From: Amphiscolops sp. MND2022
Taxonomy: Eukaryota
DNA: 64,000 bases
Direction of reading: 5' to 3'
NCBI GenBank assembly: GCA_964187785.1
Contig: OZ076415.1
Coordinates: forward strand, 8,928,001-8,992,000
The position numbers were made by a program, and so were the translations under genes. A model generated the notes under the pieces. It did not search any database and was not told where the DNA came from. It saw only the letters and a program-made list of their open reading frames with translations. Each line of letters opens with the position of its first letter. The stretch's first letter is position 1. Of the stretch, positions 1 to 13,100 are shown in pieces.

Positions 1-1094
1 GTGTTCTTGTACATTCTTCTCGTTCTGCGGGTCTGTGTCCGCGTTTTGTCCCTTTAGAGGTTTTCAATGCGCTGGACAGGTCTTTGGTAAAGACACGGTA
101 GCGATCAGCGAGATATTACTGATTCAGTACTGAATCTAGCAGAGATGTAGTCCCCTGAACGAATTTTTCAGACGATTGTTTCCGGCTTGGCAGGTGTTTG
201 ATACAATTATATAGACATCAATTAGTTTATTGGAATACCAGATACCAGAAAGGTATTGTTCATATATGAAATTATTTTGAGTCTCACTAGAGGAGCATAA
301 ACTATCGCTCAATTTTCCAACTCTAGATATCGTCTCAAAAATATTGTTTCGTCCATTGACCAAAGTCTTTCTAATGAACGAATAATCGAAACACAGCTCT
401 GATATTTTGCAAGAAAACAATATTTTTTACAAGAAAACAAGAAAAAAATTCTACACTGTGACTGATATTAGAGGTATTATAAAGTATAAGAACAAAAGCT
501 TCGAATTTGGGCGATTACTTATCCGTACTGATTACATGTTTTGCTGATATATCATTTTGAAGAAACAACCTCATTGGAAACATATGGTAGAACGTAAAGC
601 TGTTAAATGAAACTTCAAGTTTGGCACCAGTAAAAAGAAAAGGTTATTGACAAACGACCTTTAATGGAATGCAGCTTAGCTAAGTCTATTTCTATCATCT
701 AGGTCTAGTTAAATACAGTAGCTTTCTAAGATATCGCAATTACTATTTCAAATCCAAATATCTTGAAAACGGTTATGGATAGAAAAAATTATCAGCTAAG
801 AATGTTTCTTAGAGTTGTTAAGTTAACAATTGTAGCTAACAATTTTTGTTTTTGTGTCAGTGTGCGAGATATTTAGTCTTTATCATTTTGAGTAATGCAG
901 TTGCGATATTTTAGAACGCTATTGTACTGTTAAACATTGCAGCGATCATCTTTCCGCATCTTTCGACCAGCTTAGACTTCAGGCTATAAGAGAACCAGTT
1001 ATCAGCATCTTTGACTACTTATCACGAGAAAGAAAAATGACTTAGATGAGATTCTTTGCGAAAACCATGTGGTGCTGTACGTACCCCTTACATC

Positions 1095-1372
1095 CCGGGT
1101 TGAGAAAAGTTGCAACCATTGCAAAGATCTTGTAAGATCTTTTGCATTCAATACATCCATTGAACGATCTTGCAAGTGAATCAGTTCCTTGCAAGATTCT
1201 TGTGAAATCTTTGCAAAGATCTTGCAAGATCTTTTCCATTTAATACATTCATTGAACGATCTTGCAAGTGAATCAGTTCCTTGCAAGATTCTTGTGAAAT
1301 CTTTGCAAAAATTTTGCAAGATTCTCTCAAGTAAATCAAGGATAATGCATTATCTTGCAAGATTTTGCGAAA
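1095..1372. repeat. CTTGCAAG-rich repeat containing a 92-bp direct duplication (1150-1241 / 1242-~1325)
   Basis: AATACAT(C/T)CATTGAACGATCTTGCAAGTGAATCAGTTCCTTGCAAGATTCTTGTGAAATCTTTGCAAA occurs at 1150 and 1242, among many CTTGCAAG palindromes. Confidence 0.85.
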
Positions 1373-1443
1373 GAATTAAGGCTTCAAAAACAGTTTTTCA
1401 AGCAAAATTGCAAAACATTTTCCAACATCCCCTGTCCTTGATA

Positions 1444-1715
1444 GCATGGAGAACGCTTCCTTTGATCACTTCCAACCCTACGACCATGATCTGCATCTTT
1501 CTGTGCACTTTCTTCATGCAAATGTTCACTTCTGGGTTCTTGGTCGGCGTCTCCCAACTGAAATTCCCGTTCGAACAGTTGAGTGACGTCAGTGTTTACA
1601 AATACGTCATCAAGGCTCTCATCTACAACGAGTACAACGGGGAGAGACAAAACGAATCGGCCGACAGAAACGTCACTGCCTACATGGAGTCTTATCAGTG
1701 TCTAGACGAGGACAG
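1444..1715 (+). CDS. Probable internal exon of a host ABCG (white/scarlet-type) transporter, C-terminal membrane domain
   Basis: Within ORF 1189-1779, the segment ...MQMFTSGFLVGVSQLKFPFEQLSDVSVYKYVIKALIYNEYNG resembles the ABC2-membrane motif (SGF...IP...W..Y.S.F.Y..EAL..NEF.G). Codons are more C/G-ending than the flanks. Candidate acceptor AG at 1442-1443 and donor GT at 1716-1717; these boundaries are inferred. Confidence 0.55.
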
Positions 1716-1959
1716 GTCAGGGTGTCATGTTATGAGTCACAGAAGAAAAGATATTAGAAATTTTGAAAATATTGTTTGAGAAACTAGCTGAAGTTCCTTT
1801 GAAAGTCAAACAGTAATGAAATGATAGAAGCTCATCACTGATAAATCAATAAAAATTTTAATTAATGCCGAGGTCGCACTGTGATATTTTTCCATTTTTT
1901 CGAGTTCAAAATTAATTAAAAAACAAACTCTTAACTACTCAGAAGTCTTTCGCCTATCT

Positions 1960-2180
1960 TTTAAGACTTCTAGAGCAATAGTCAATTCAGAAACTACTGC
2001 AAATTTTACATGTTGCATGGATGCATGCAGGCAAGTTTTGTAAAGAACATAGAAAATGCAGGGATCATGCGGGAAAAGTCCTGTGAAACTTCCTTGCATC
2101 TTGGAAAATCTCAAAAAACTTTTCTGCATCTTTTAAAATCTTGTAAGATTTTCACTGCTGTTGAAAAAAACCGTGCAACC
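1960..2180. repeat. Degenerate interspersed repeat, family A
   Basis: Shares TTTTACATG and GAAAAT(T/G)CAG(G/C)GA(C/T)C(A/C)TGC motifs with 5740-5970 and 8680-8830. Confidence 0.5.
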
Positions 2181-2772
2181 TAATAAATTGTAGGAAACGT
2201 TTTCATTATTACGATGAAAACTTTTAAACGAAGTCACTTCAAGCTATGAAAGTTTTGAAATTGAGTTCTTTTTTACTTTCGATTGTCTTAACGAACATTT
2301 CCCAGAAAGAGGAAGTCTTAAAGAGATTTGTGCTCAAGTAAAACATGCATCTTCTGAAGCAACTAAACCCATTCAATTCAAGCTGGAAGGTAATTCCGAT
2401 TTAAATAGAAATTTTCAACAAAAAAAGAATGGATGATCATGGATGAGCAGGAAGCAAAAAAAATGTCTCAACTTTTTTTTTATGGTAAAAATAATGCTCC
2501 TAAGCACACCTAAAATCAGCAATTGTGGAACAGAGTGCGTGGTTCCACGTCTAAATAGACGATTTGTCAATTCGTACACAACTTCGTTTTATGTAACTAC
2601 AATGTTATAAATCCCATTCAAAAGTTTTTTTTCTCCAAACATAAGTTGAAAGTTTCCCATATTTTATTGTTTGCTGTTGTCACGTGTTTCCGTAAAAAAC
2701 AGCTTTGTAAACAATTTTTTTCCAGTTGTTATTTTGCTGAAATGCATAAATTATCACAGAACTGCTGAAAGC

Positions 2773-2913
2773 ATGATTCGAATGCAATGAAAATCGCCAT
2801 GGATGATTAGCTATGATTCGAATGCAATGAAAATCGCCATGGATGATTAGCCATGATTCGAATGCAATGAAAATCGCTATGGATGATTAGCCATGATTCG
2901 AATGCAATGAAAA
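2773..2913. repeat. 40-bp minisatellite, about 3.5 copies
   Basis: Unit ATGATTCGAATGCAATGAAAATCGCCATGGATGATTAGC(T/C) starts at 2773, 2813, 2853 and 2893. Confidence 0.95.
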
Positions 2914-2950
2914 GAGGCATTTTGAAATCATCTGTCATTAACAGATTGAC

Positions 2951-5465
2951 GTTGTTAAAGATTTCCGATGTGAGCTTGGTTAAGAATGATACCTTGGTTT
3001 TTACTGTTAACTCTGTAAACGTTGTTAAAGATTTCCGATGTGAGCTTGGTTAAGAATGATACCTTGGTTTTTACTGTAAACTCTGTAAACGTTGTTAAAG
3101 TTTTCCGATATGAGCTTGGTTAAGAAAGATACCTTGGTTTTTACTGTAAACTCTGTAAACGTTGTTAAAGATTTTCGATGTGAGCTTGGTTAAGAATGAT
3201 ACCTTGGTTTTTACTGTAAACTCTGTAAACGTTGTTAAAGAATTCCGATGTGAGCTTGGTTAAGAATGATACCTTGGTTTTTACTGTAAACTCTGTAAAC
3301 GTTGTTAAAGATTTCCGATGTGAGCTTGGTTAAGAATGATACCTTGGTTTTTACTGTAAACTCTGTAAACGTTGTTAAAGATTTCCGATGTGAGCTTGGT
3401 TAAGAATGATAACTTGGTTTTTACTGTAAACTCTGTAAACGTTGTTAAAGATTTCCGATGTGAGCTTGGTTAAGAATGATACCTTGGTTTTTACTGTAAA
3501 CTCTGTAAACGTTGTTAAAGATTTCCGATGTGAGCTTGGCTAAGAATGATACCTTGGTTTTTACTGTAAACTCTGTAAACGTTGTTAAAGATTTCCGATG
3601 TGAGCTTGGTTAAAAATGATACCTTGGTTTTTACTGTAAACTCTGTAAACGTTGTTAAAGATTTCCGATGTGAGCTTGGTTAAGAATGATACCTTGGTTT
3701 TTTTTGTAAACTCTGTAAACGTTGTTAAAGATTTCCGATGTGAGCTTGGTTAAGAATGATACCTTGGTTTTTACTGTAAACTCTGTAAACGTTGTTAAAG
3801 ATTTCCGATGTGAGCTTGGTTAAGAATGATACCTTGGTTTTTACTGTAAACACTGTAAACGTTGTTAAAGATTTCCGATGTGAGCTTGGTTAAGAATGAT
3901 ACCTTGGTTTTTACTGTAAACTCTGTAAACGTTGTTAAAGATTTCCGATGTGAGCTTGGTTAAGAATGATACCTCGGTTTTTACTGTAAACTCTGTAAAC
4001 GTTGTTAAAGATTTCCGATGTGAGCTCGGTTAAGAATGGTACCTTGGTTTTTACTGTAAGCTCTGTAAACGTTGTTAAAGATTTCCGATGTGAGCTTGGT
4101 TAAGAATGATACCTTGGTTTTTACTGTAAACTCTGTAAACGTTGTTAAAGATTTCCGATGTGAGCTTGGTTAAGAATGATACCTTGGTTTTTACTGTAAC
4201 CTCTGTAAACGTTGTTAAAGATTTCCGATGTGAGCTTGGTTAAGAATGATACCTTGGTTTTTACTGTAAACTCTGTAAACGTTGTTAAAGATTTCCGATG
4301 TGAGCTTGGTTAAGAATGATACCTTGGTTTTTACTGTAAACTCTGTAAACGTTGTTAAAGATTTCCGATGTGAGCTTGGTTAAGAATGATACCTTGGTTT
4401 TTACTGTAAACTCTGTAAATGTTGTTAAAGATTTCCGATGTGAGCTTGGTTAAGAATGATAACTTGGTTTTTACTGTAAACTCTGTAAACGTTGTTAAAG
4501 TTTTCCGATGTGAGCTTGGTTAAGAATGATACCTTGGTTTTTACTGTAAACTCTGTAAACGTTGTTAAAGATTTCCGATGTGAGCTTGGCTAAGAATGAT
4601 ACCTTGGTTTTTACTGTAAACTCTGTAAACGTTGTTAAAGATTTCCGATGTGAGCTTGGTTAAAAATGATACCTTGGTTTTTACTGTAAACTCTGTAAAC
4701 GTTGTTAAAGATTTCCGATGTGAGCTTGGTTAAGAATGATACCTTGGTTTTTTTTGTAAACTCTGTAAACGTTGTTAAAGATTTCCGATGTGAGCTTGGT
4801 TAAGAATGATACCTTGGTTTTTACTGTAAACTCTGTAAACGTTGTTAAAGATTTCCGATGTGAGCTTGGTTAAGAATGATACCTTGGTTTTTACTGTAAA
4901 CACTGTAAACGTTGTTAAAGATTTCCGATGTGAGCTTGGTTAAGAATGATACCTTGGTTTTTACTGTAAACTCTGTAAACGTTGTTAAAGATTTCCGATG
5001 TGAGCTTGGTTAAGAATGATACCTCGGTTTTTACTGTAAACTCTGTAAACGTTGTTAAAGATTTCCGATGTGAGCTCGGTTAAGAATGGTACCTTGGTTT
5101 TTACTGTAAGCTCTGTAAACGTTGTTAAAGATTTCCGATGTGAGCTTGGTTAAGAATGATACCTTGGTTTTTACTGTAAACTCTGTAAACGTTGTTAAAG
5201 ATTTCCGATGTGAGCTTGGTTAAGAATGATACCTTGGTTTTTACTGTAACCTCTGTAAACGTTGTTAAAGATTTCCGATGTGAGCTTGGTTAAGAATGAT
5301 ACCTTGGTTTTTACTGTAAACTCTGTAAACGTTGTTAAAGATTTCCGATGTGAGCTTGGTTAAGAATGATACCTTGGTTTTTACTGTAAACTCTGTAAAC
5401 GTTGTTAAAGATTTCCGATGTGAGCTTGATTAAGAATGATACCTTGGTTTTTACTGTAAACTCTG
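2951..5465. repeat. 70-bp tandem array, 36 copies (last one partial)
   Basis: Unit GTTGTTAAAGATTTCCGATGTGAGCTTGGTTAAGAATGATACCTTGGTTTTTACTGTAAACTCTGTAAAC keeps an exact 70-bp phase from 2951 to 5401 with only point variants. Confidence 0.98.
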
Positions 5466-5739
5466 GTCAATATACGAATAATGATATACCATTAGGGTGC
5501 CAAAAAGCTGAAGACAGTTGCTATAAAAATTCAAGTCGCAATAAATAAGTACATCACCAACAGGCACAAAAGTCATTGGGGCAAAATCTTCTCAAATTCC
5601 AATAAATTTTTACTCGGTGCGTTCAGAATAAAAGATCCCGACTATTACAGTCACTCGTTTTTTATTTCATTTTTAAAGACAGACTCGAACGCGACGAAAT
5701 TTTTGTTTAGTATGTTCAGCCAGACGAATATCTGGGAAA

Positions 5740-5970
5740 CAAGTTTAAGGTATTGCAAACCCTGGTCGAAGTTGCCGCGAAGTTTTACATGCACCTTCAA
5801 AAAATGCCGGCTAATTTTTTTTATAAAACATGGAAAATTCAGGGACCATGCCTGGAAAAGTTTTGTAAATTTAACAGGTAACTTGTAAAATTTTTGTAAA
5901 ATTACGAGGCAACTTGGAAAATGCTGGCAGCATTTCAAGGTGTTTTTAAAAATGTCCCTGCAACCTATAA
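5740..5970. repeat. Degenerate interspersed repeat, family A
   Basis: CTGGTCGAA, TTTACATGCA and GAAAATTCAGGGACCATGC motifs are shared with 8680-8830 and 1960-2180. Confidence 0.5.
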
Positions 5971-6184
5971 AACAATTTTAAAAAAATCCATGTAGTTTTA
6001 CTAATAAAACTCCACAAAAAACTCTGAGAACGACCTTTCAATTTGAACTCAATTCTCATTCTGACGAAGTCTAATTTCTTCATTTCTAATGTTCTTGTAA
6101 AAAAATCAAACAGAATGAAACTGAGTTATATTCAATCAGTATATACAAAATTGAGTCACAGTATACAAACTTATTGGCTCTTTT

Positions 6185-6295
6185 CAACGTTATTCCACAA
6201 ATATAGTGATTTCAGACGTTATTCCACAAATATAGTGAATTTAGACGTTATTTCACAAAATTAGTTATTATAGACGTTATTTCACTGAAATATGG
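6185..6295. repeat. Degenerate ~30-bp tandem repeat, about 4 copies
   Basis: ACGTTATT(C/T)CAC..AAT recurs four times at about 30-bp spacing. Confidence 0.75.
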
Positions 6296-7149
6296 GTATT
6301 TTAGTAGTTATTCGAGTAAAATACAGCATTTTGGCCATTCTTTAACAAAATAACGTAGTTTCAGACCTTATTTTAAAGGTAATCAGAAGAGAAATGAAAC
6401 ACATTATCCAAAAATGTTGACAAGATTTTTCGGATTATAATTTTTCATTTTCAAAAATTTTGTTGACTTTTTTTGATAAAAACAGACACATTTTTCAATT
6501 CATGTGACAAACTCCAGCAAACATGATTGTAAAAACCCAGAATAAGCCTTTTCAATAGTTTTTAAGGTTTTTTTCATGGTTTCTGGCGCTGAAAAATGTT
6601 TGGAAAAATTTGAATTTCGAACTAATCAAAACAGTCTTATTTTGATATTCCGTTCTAAAGTAGTCCCTGAAAAAACTGTGTAGAACTTCTATATGAAAAT
6701 AAGTTTGTTTTTTTTTTATCCCGAAAAGTGATAAATATTGCCTATTTCAACAGTTTGCATGCAAAAAAGTTTTCCACCGAAAAAAGTTCCAGTAATACGA
6801 ATTTGTTTGCCACACGGGCACTGGTTGACTATTTGTTTACGTCATATTGTAGCGTCTGTGCTTACAAAATTCGAGGCCTTGCCCACAAAAACCTACAAAT
6901 TTTCGCGGGGAATTTGTCTTTAGGAAATCTTGGTAATACACTTGAATTTAATACACTTGATTTAATCAAGAAATCTTGATAAACACTTGAAAAATTAGTG
7001 ACACAGCATGAAAATATTGAGCATGAAAACTTCTCTAAGCAGCTCACAAAAACCTAATAAATTAGCCTTGCAACCTATAAAAGCATGTAAAACTTTCGGG
7101 CACTTTCAACTAGGGAAGCGTCCCTTCTCTCATTTCTTACTTTTTAGAC

Positions 7150-7441
7150 CTAACATACAAAACCGGAGGGGTCTGAAGGGTCCCTTTCAATTTTTTTACC
7201 ACTGTGCGACTTTTTTTTCGAAATGTGTTCATATTTTTCATCAAAGTCCTCCCTCGTATTATCCGGAATAAAGCACTATATCCGAACTTTTGACGTTATA
7301 TCCGAACTATATTGAGTTTCAGTAAGGGAAAGCGGCGGTTCGAAAACAGGAATTTTTCATGCAAACGTCCTACGCATATTTTGAAAACTGCACGTTTTGA
7401 GCCTTAGGTATGGCGCCGACTTTAGACTTTCACGTCTTGTT
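7150..7441 (+). repeat. Interspersed repeat family B (non-autonomous, Helitron/Helentron- or MITE-like)
   Basis: Begins ACAAAACCGGA..AAGGGTCCC and ends GAGCCTTAG.TATGGCGCCGACTT...CTTGTT, as in three other copies in the window. Confidence 0.7.
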
Positions 7442-8054
7442 TCTTTTTTTCTTCCGAACTAACACAAAATATACAAAAACTAGTACCTAACAGAAGCCTT
7501 ACACAGTTAACGCTAATAATGATATGCACATAATTTATTCGATCTGGTATGTCAATAATATATGTGAGTAGTAATGTACAAAGTCTGATTAAAATACGGT
7601 TCTTCAATTTGATGATCAGTTTAACCGAATAGCTTCGGAACGCGGTTATGACACATACATGACAGCTACATACCGAAAATACACGCTCAGCTTTTGTAAA
7701 GTTGATGACATTTCGTTAAATTGAGTTGGGATTTTGGCTTCCATGTGAAATTAGGAGGAAAAAATTGAATTAATTAGTGAAAAGTTTGAAAAATTTCCTC
7801 AACTCGAACGATTCAACTTTTCGTAAGAATTTTTGAAAGTTTTTGCATCTTTTGTGTAGTTTTCAGTTCGAATTTCCAAACCTTACCAGACTAATGTAAA
7901 AGTTTGTGTCAAATATTGCCTTTTCTTACACGATCTTACAAAATTCTTGTGTTTTTAGGACAACCTGAAGTGACTAAAATAGTTCTAACAAAATTTTAGG
8001 AAGACGCCCAATTGTAGTTGTTGGCACAAGGAACTGTAGCAAAAAGGTTTCCCG

Positions 8055-8291
8055 CGTAACGTACAAAACCGGACGAGACTAAAGGGCCCCCTTTCAGTTT
8101 TTTTTCGGTATTGAGAGACTTTTTCCGGAAAAAATCCCCAAAGGGTCCCTTTTCATTTTTTTTCGGCATTGTGAGATTTGTTTCAAAAAAATTTTCGGGT
8201 GCTGTAGAAGAGATTACTTTGACACTTTGAAGTCTTTTTGTTATTTTTGAGCCTTAGATATGGCGCCGACTTGGGCCGGTCCCGGCTTGTT
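8055..8291 (+). repeat. Interspersed repeat family B
   Basis: GTACAAAACCGGACGAGACTAAAGGGCCCCC ... GAGCCTTAGATATGGCGCCGACTTGGGCCGGTCCCGGCTTGTT, with a 3' GC-rich hairpin. Confidence 0.75.
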
Positions 8292-8679
8292 CAACTAGGG
8301 TTGCTAAATTTTCAGCTGATAAAGTACTACTTTTTTAAGTAAAAAAGTCAAATCATGAGACTTATATAATAACATGACACTTTGGCCAGGTACCTGGATT
8401 TATATTTTTTGCTGGGGTTTGCTGGCTTTTTCCAGATGGTTTATTTTTTACTTTTGATTTTTCGCCATGATGGAAAGCAATAGATTTAAACTCCTAGGTT
8501 GACCCTAACAAAATCGCCACGTCTTGAAGGGTTCTTAAAACTATTGATCAATCATATAACCTTCACAGCAAGATTCGTGCAATAAATTGCAATCCTACGC
8601 TTATCCTGCATGAAAATGGAAAAAAATGGTTAACCTGGGAGAAATCAGCTTTGAATCATTAATTGCAGAAGTAGCGTTT

Positions 8680-8830
8680 CTAGAGCAACACTGGTCGAAA
8701 CTTTTCACATGTAGCATTAAAGCACGAAGGCTATTTTTTTTGAAAAAAATTGAAAATTCAGCGACCCTGCATGAAAAATTCTTGTAAAAACTTCCGTGCT
8801 TTGAAAAACGTCCAAGCAGCTCAAAAAATG
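8680..8830. repeat. Degenerate interspersed repeat, family A
   Basis: CTGGTCGAAACTTTTCACATGTA and GAAAATTCAGCGACCCTGCATG motifs match 5740-5970. Confidence 0.5.
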
Positions 8831-9906
8831 GTTGAAAAAAATTCATGCAAGACTGCAAACATTTCTTTCAAAAAGACCGTTTTTTTAACTCGAATTTCCA
8901 CTGATTCAAAATACATGCTCTTTCACTGTAAGCCTTCGAAAAAAAGCTGCTAAGGCTGAACGTCCCTAATGGTTGAAAAAAATAAGCACAACAAAACATT
9001 CAACTGAAAAAGATATGAGATGAAAAATGAAAAAATCATTGCAAAATAGAAAAAAAACGATTTATACATTCAGTCCCGTAACTCTGCTTTATGTCTAAAT
9101 ATTGTTTATGGCATACCTAAATGTTAGAATATAAAACAAAGAAAGCGCTGCGAAGTTCGGGGGATGGGGCTTGTTCGGGTATTTCAAGAGTGTCATCAGC
9201 AATGGCAGTTACACGAGAAAAAATTTAGACCCCTTTTGAATCCCCAGGATGGCAAAATATGAGAAAAATGTCCTCAGCTACTCACTTTTTCCATTGAAAA
9301 CATGCATCTTTTCAATTTTGCTATATTCTCAATATATTTTGTTATTCACAGAAAGGCTACATGATTTTGATAAAACTAATACAGTTGACTCTCATTACTG
9401 CACAATCCTGGTACAATACAAAAGCCGCTACAGCGCTATTGGAAATCAATCCCCATTGTTTTATTTTCCGCCCATATTTCATATGGGAAAGGAAAATATT
9501 TAAATCAAACGGGTTTTTTTTTTACAAAATTTGCCAAGATTTTATTTATATTTAAATTTAAGGGTGTTACCCATAGAATTCAACCCACATAAATTTAGCT
9601 TCGTGCGATATGTATTTGTAGAGATTTTTGAAGTTTTTTTAAAAAATGACGAAAATGACCCCTTAATGACAAAATGACCCCTTAATGACAAAAATTCCCA
9701 AATTTCTCATTTTTAAACGTTTTTATGCAATTTTTGCCATTTTTTTGAGAGACACCGCGAATTAGAAAAATGGACAAGATGAATCGAAGCTTTCTTTTCT
9801 TCGAACTTCTCAGCGTTTTTATAGTGCATTAGTTATTCTTGAGCCTCATTTATGTAGTTGTAGAACAGTTCGGGGCGGAAAATATCCCGCTCCTCAGCGG
9901 GCGTCT

Positions 9907-10119
9907 TGTTGAGAGAACTAAACAAAATTCTCAATCGACATGATATTAACTCAATTCGTTCATGAACTAATCATACTTCAATTGACTTTTACAATGCTAT
10001 TCAATTTCTTTGTTTGTTCACACTTTTGTCAATTCTCACGAAATAAAGTTGAGTTCTACTTATTCCCGCTTTTCTAGCAAACAGAAAACAAATTGATTAA
10101 ACAACTTTATTGAGAAACA
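9907..10119 (+). repeat. 5' LTR of the Bel/Pao element (213 bp)
   Basis: TGTTGAGAGAAC...TTGAGAAACA, identical to 16868-17083 except for a 3-bp indel. Confidence 0.97.
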
Positions 10120-10122
10120 TTT

Positions 10123-10134
10123 TGGTGCCGCGAC
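10123..10134 (+). promoter_or_regulatory. Primer-binding site, tRNA-His-like
   Basis: TGGTGCCGCGAC lies 3 nt after the 5' LTR. It differs at one position from TGGTGCCGTGAC, the complement of a typical tRNA-His 3' end. Confidence 0.7.
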
Positions 10135-10153
10135 AACCCGCGAACAGAACCCA

Positions 10154-13100
10154 ATGGCAGACATACTGCAAAGAACAAGAGCTGGTCACATCAGCGTAGT
10201 TACATGTCAAGAAAACAACACGAAGCAGATCTTCGAGAAAGATCCATCGTCAGTCTCAAGTTTAGAATTATCAAAACTCAAATTCAGTCTCAAAAGATGC
10301 AAGGAACAACAAGAGAAAATCAACACACTCAATCAAGAAATTCTTCAAGGGCTTGAAACAGCTGAAGTAACAGATGATGCAATTCAAAGAGAGCATGACA
10401 GAATCAACACAAATGATTTCAAGGTTGGCAGTTTCATTCAAATGCTCGAAGATTTCATCGAAAAAATTGAGACGCCAGTAGCTGACGCTGATGATGCAGA
10501 CGATCGAAGCTTGACCCACTCAGGGTCCAGGAATGTTTCACTTAAGTTGCCAAAGATTACTCTACCGACTTTTTCTGGCAAATATAGTGAATGGACGCCA
10601 TTTTTCGATCTATTTCAAAACACTGTCGATTCCAATAGATCCCTGAATGACATTCAAAAGCTACAGTATCTGAAGACCTCTCTCAAGGATCAACCAGCGA
10701 GACTCCTTTCACATCTCCCCACAACAAGTGCAAATTATGATGTGGCTTTGAGAATCCTCAAGGAAAGGTATGACAACAAACGTATGATTATTCGCTCTCA
10801 TCTTGACGCCATCGTCAAATTCAGCCCTATGCAGCATGAATCAGCTGATCAACTCCGTAAATTAATTACTGTATTTATGGAGAACTCATTGGCTCTCACA
10901 GCTTTGGGAGAAGACGTTGACGCTGCAGACTACATTTGGGTCTACTTGCTAGCGGAGAAGCTAGATTCTGAAACTAGACGCCAATGGGAGCTACACAGCC
11001 CTAGCGACAAGCGACAAACGGCAGACGATTTGCTGAAATTCCTTGAAGAACGAGCACGAGCCTTGGACTTCTCTATGCCAAAGAACACCGACACCGCAAA
11101 AGCAAAAGACACCGCAAGGTTCAAGGACAAGGGTAACGTGCAAGTCTACCACAGCCAAGCAACAACGAAATGTCCCAAATGCAGCGAGAACCATGGAATA
11201 TTCAACTGTGGCGATTTCAACTCGTTATCTATTGAAGATAGGGTTCAATTCGTCAAAAACAACAAACTGTGCTTCAATTGCTTGCGAACCGGTCACAGTA
11301 GTAAGGATTGCAAGTCAAAATCAGGATGTCGTATATGCAGAAAACGACACAACACGCTCCTCCATCGTCCCCTGGCTCTAAAAAAGGAAGAAGTGACACC
11401 CCAGTCCTGTTTGGGTCATGGGGGATACACTTCATGTTCAGTTACTCTACTACCCACAGCCGTCGTCCAGGTGAAGACTCTCAAGGACAAAGTAGTGTCG
11501 GTGCGTGCCTTATTGGACAGTGGCTCACAGACAACTTGTATTACTGCCAAATGCAGGGATCGTTTGGGATTACAACCAAGGCAAGCTGATATCTGTGTCA
11601 CTGGAATCGGAGGTAATATCTCAGCGAAATCAGCAGCAATTGTGGGACTACAAATTGTTACACCGAGACAAGAGGAAATTGCAACCACAGCAGTGGTACT
11701 CAATGAAGTTACCAAGGCATTACCAAGCTATCAAGTCAATGACAAAAGTCTTGACGCTGTGAAAGATCTCAAGTGGGCAGATCCAGACTTCAAGACGCCA
11801 GGTGAAATTGACGTCATTCTCGGTGGTGATATTTATGAGCAAATTGTTGGAGAAGAAAAACGAGCAATAACCAAGGAATTATTTGCTCGAAACACAGCAT
11901 TTGGTTGGGTGGTGTCCGGCAAGGTCTCACAGGGCAATCCAACAGTAGTACAGACATTCCATGTGACATTGGATGATCAATTGACAAGGTTCTGGGAACT
12001 TGAAGAGATTCCTCAGAAGGCAAACCTCATGACAGATGATGAAAAGGCTTGTGAACGACTTTTCGAAGAGACGATCTTAGTGAAAGACAACCGATTCATT
12101 GTACAGCTTCCATTCAGGACTCCAGTAGTACTCGGTGACAGTCTTGAGCAGGCAAAGAAGAGATTCTCTTATCTCGAAAGAAGACTCGATGCCAAGCCAG
12201 ACTTACGAAAAAGATATCAAGCATTCATTCAAGAGTTTTTTGATAATGATCATATCGAAGAAGTCCCTTCAGACAAGGTTGAGTGTGCTCCAGACCAATG
12301 CTATTACCTACCTCATCATTGTGTCTTCAAGGAAGATTCCACTACCACCAAGTTACGAGTTGTATTTGATGGCTCTGCAAAGACCACTAATGGAATATCG
12401 ATCAATGAAGCGATGATGGTGGGCCCAGTAGTGCAAGATGACCTCTTCTCAATCATTACACGGTTCAGATTCTACAAGGTTGCACTCTCAGCTGATATTG
12501 AGAAGATGTACCGTCAGGTCGGTCTCAAGGAAGATCACAGAGATTTTCATCGACTTCTCTGGAGAAACACATCACAAGACCCACTCAAGCACCTTCGATT
12601 AACTCGTATTATCTATGGAGTATCATGTTCAGCTCATCTTTCAACTCGGTGTTTGACTGAGACTGCAAACAGGACTCAGAAGCCTCATGTTGCCGACGCT
12701 CTTCGACAAGCATTCTATGTTGATGACTTTCTAGGAGGTGCAGACTCTCTGGAAGAAGCACAACAACTCATTCAAGACCTCCGAGATGAGCTTTCGAACT
12801 ATGGATTCCCGTTGCGGAAGTGGTCATCAAGTGATCCTGAACTAATCAAGAGTCTTCCGGCGCATCTTCGAGCAGAGAATGATGACTTAAAGTTATTCGC
12901 TGAAGATTACAAAGTCAAGGCGTTGGGAATTTTTTGGCAACCAAATCTCGATCAATTCGTCTTCAAATGTTCACTCGAGGAGAGAAAAGAGCTCACAAAA
13001 CGAAATTTACTCTCATCCACATCGAAACTTTTTGACCCCTTAGGATGGCTGAGTCCAATCATCATCCAGTTCAAGATTCTCATGCAACAGATTTGGGTGC

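Noticed and set aside
1-420. Coding-looking stretch at the window start, including ORF 136-420 (minus)
   Set aside because: All frames are interrupted and I recognise no motif. It may be a decayed TE ORF but cannot be assigned.
1002-1430. ORFs 1002-1319, 1042-1239 and the N-terminal half of 1189-1779
   Set aside because: They are translations of the CTTGCAAG repeat (ILQDL/CKIL periodicity), not genes.
2951-5465. 70-bp array as a CRISPR array
   Set aside because: No unique spacers, no cas genes, and the context is eukaryotic; it is a plain tandem repeat.
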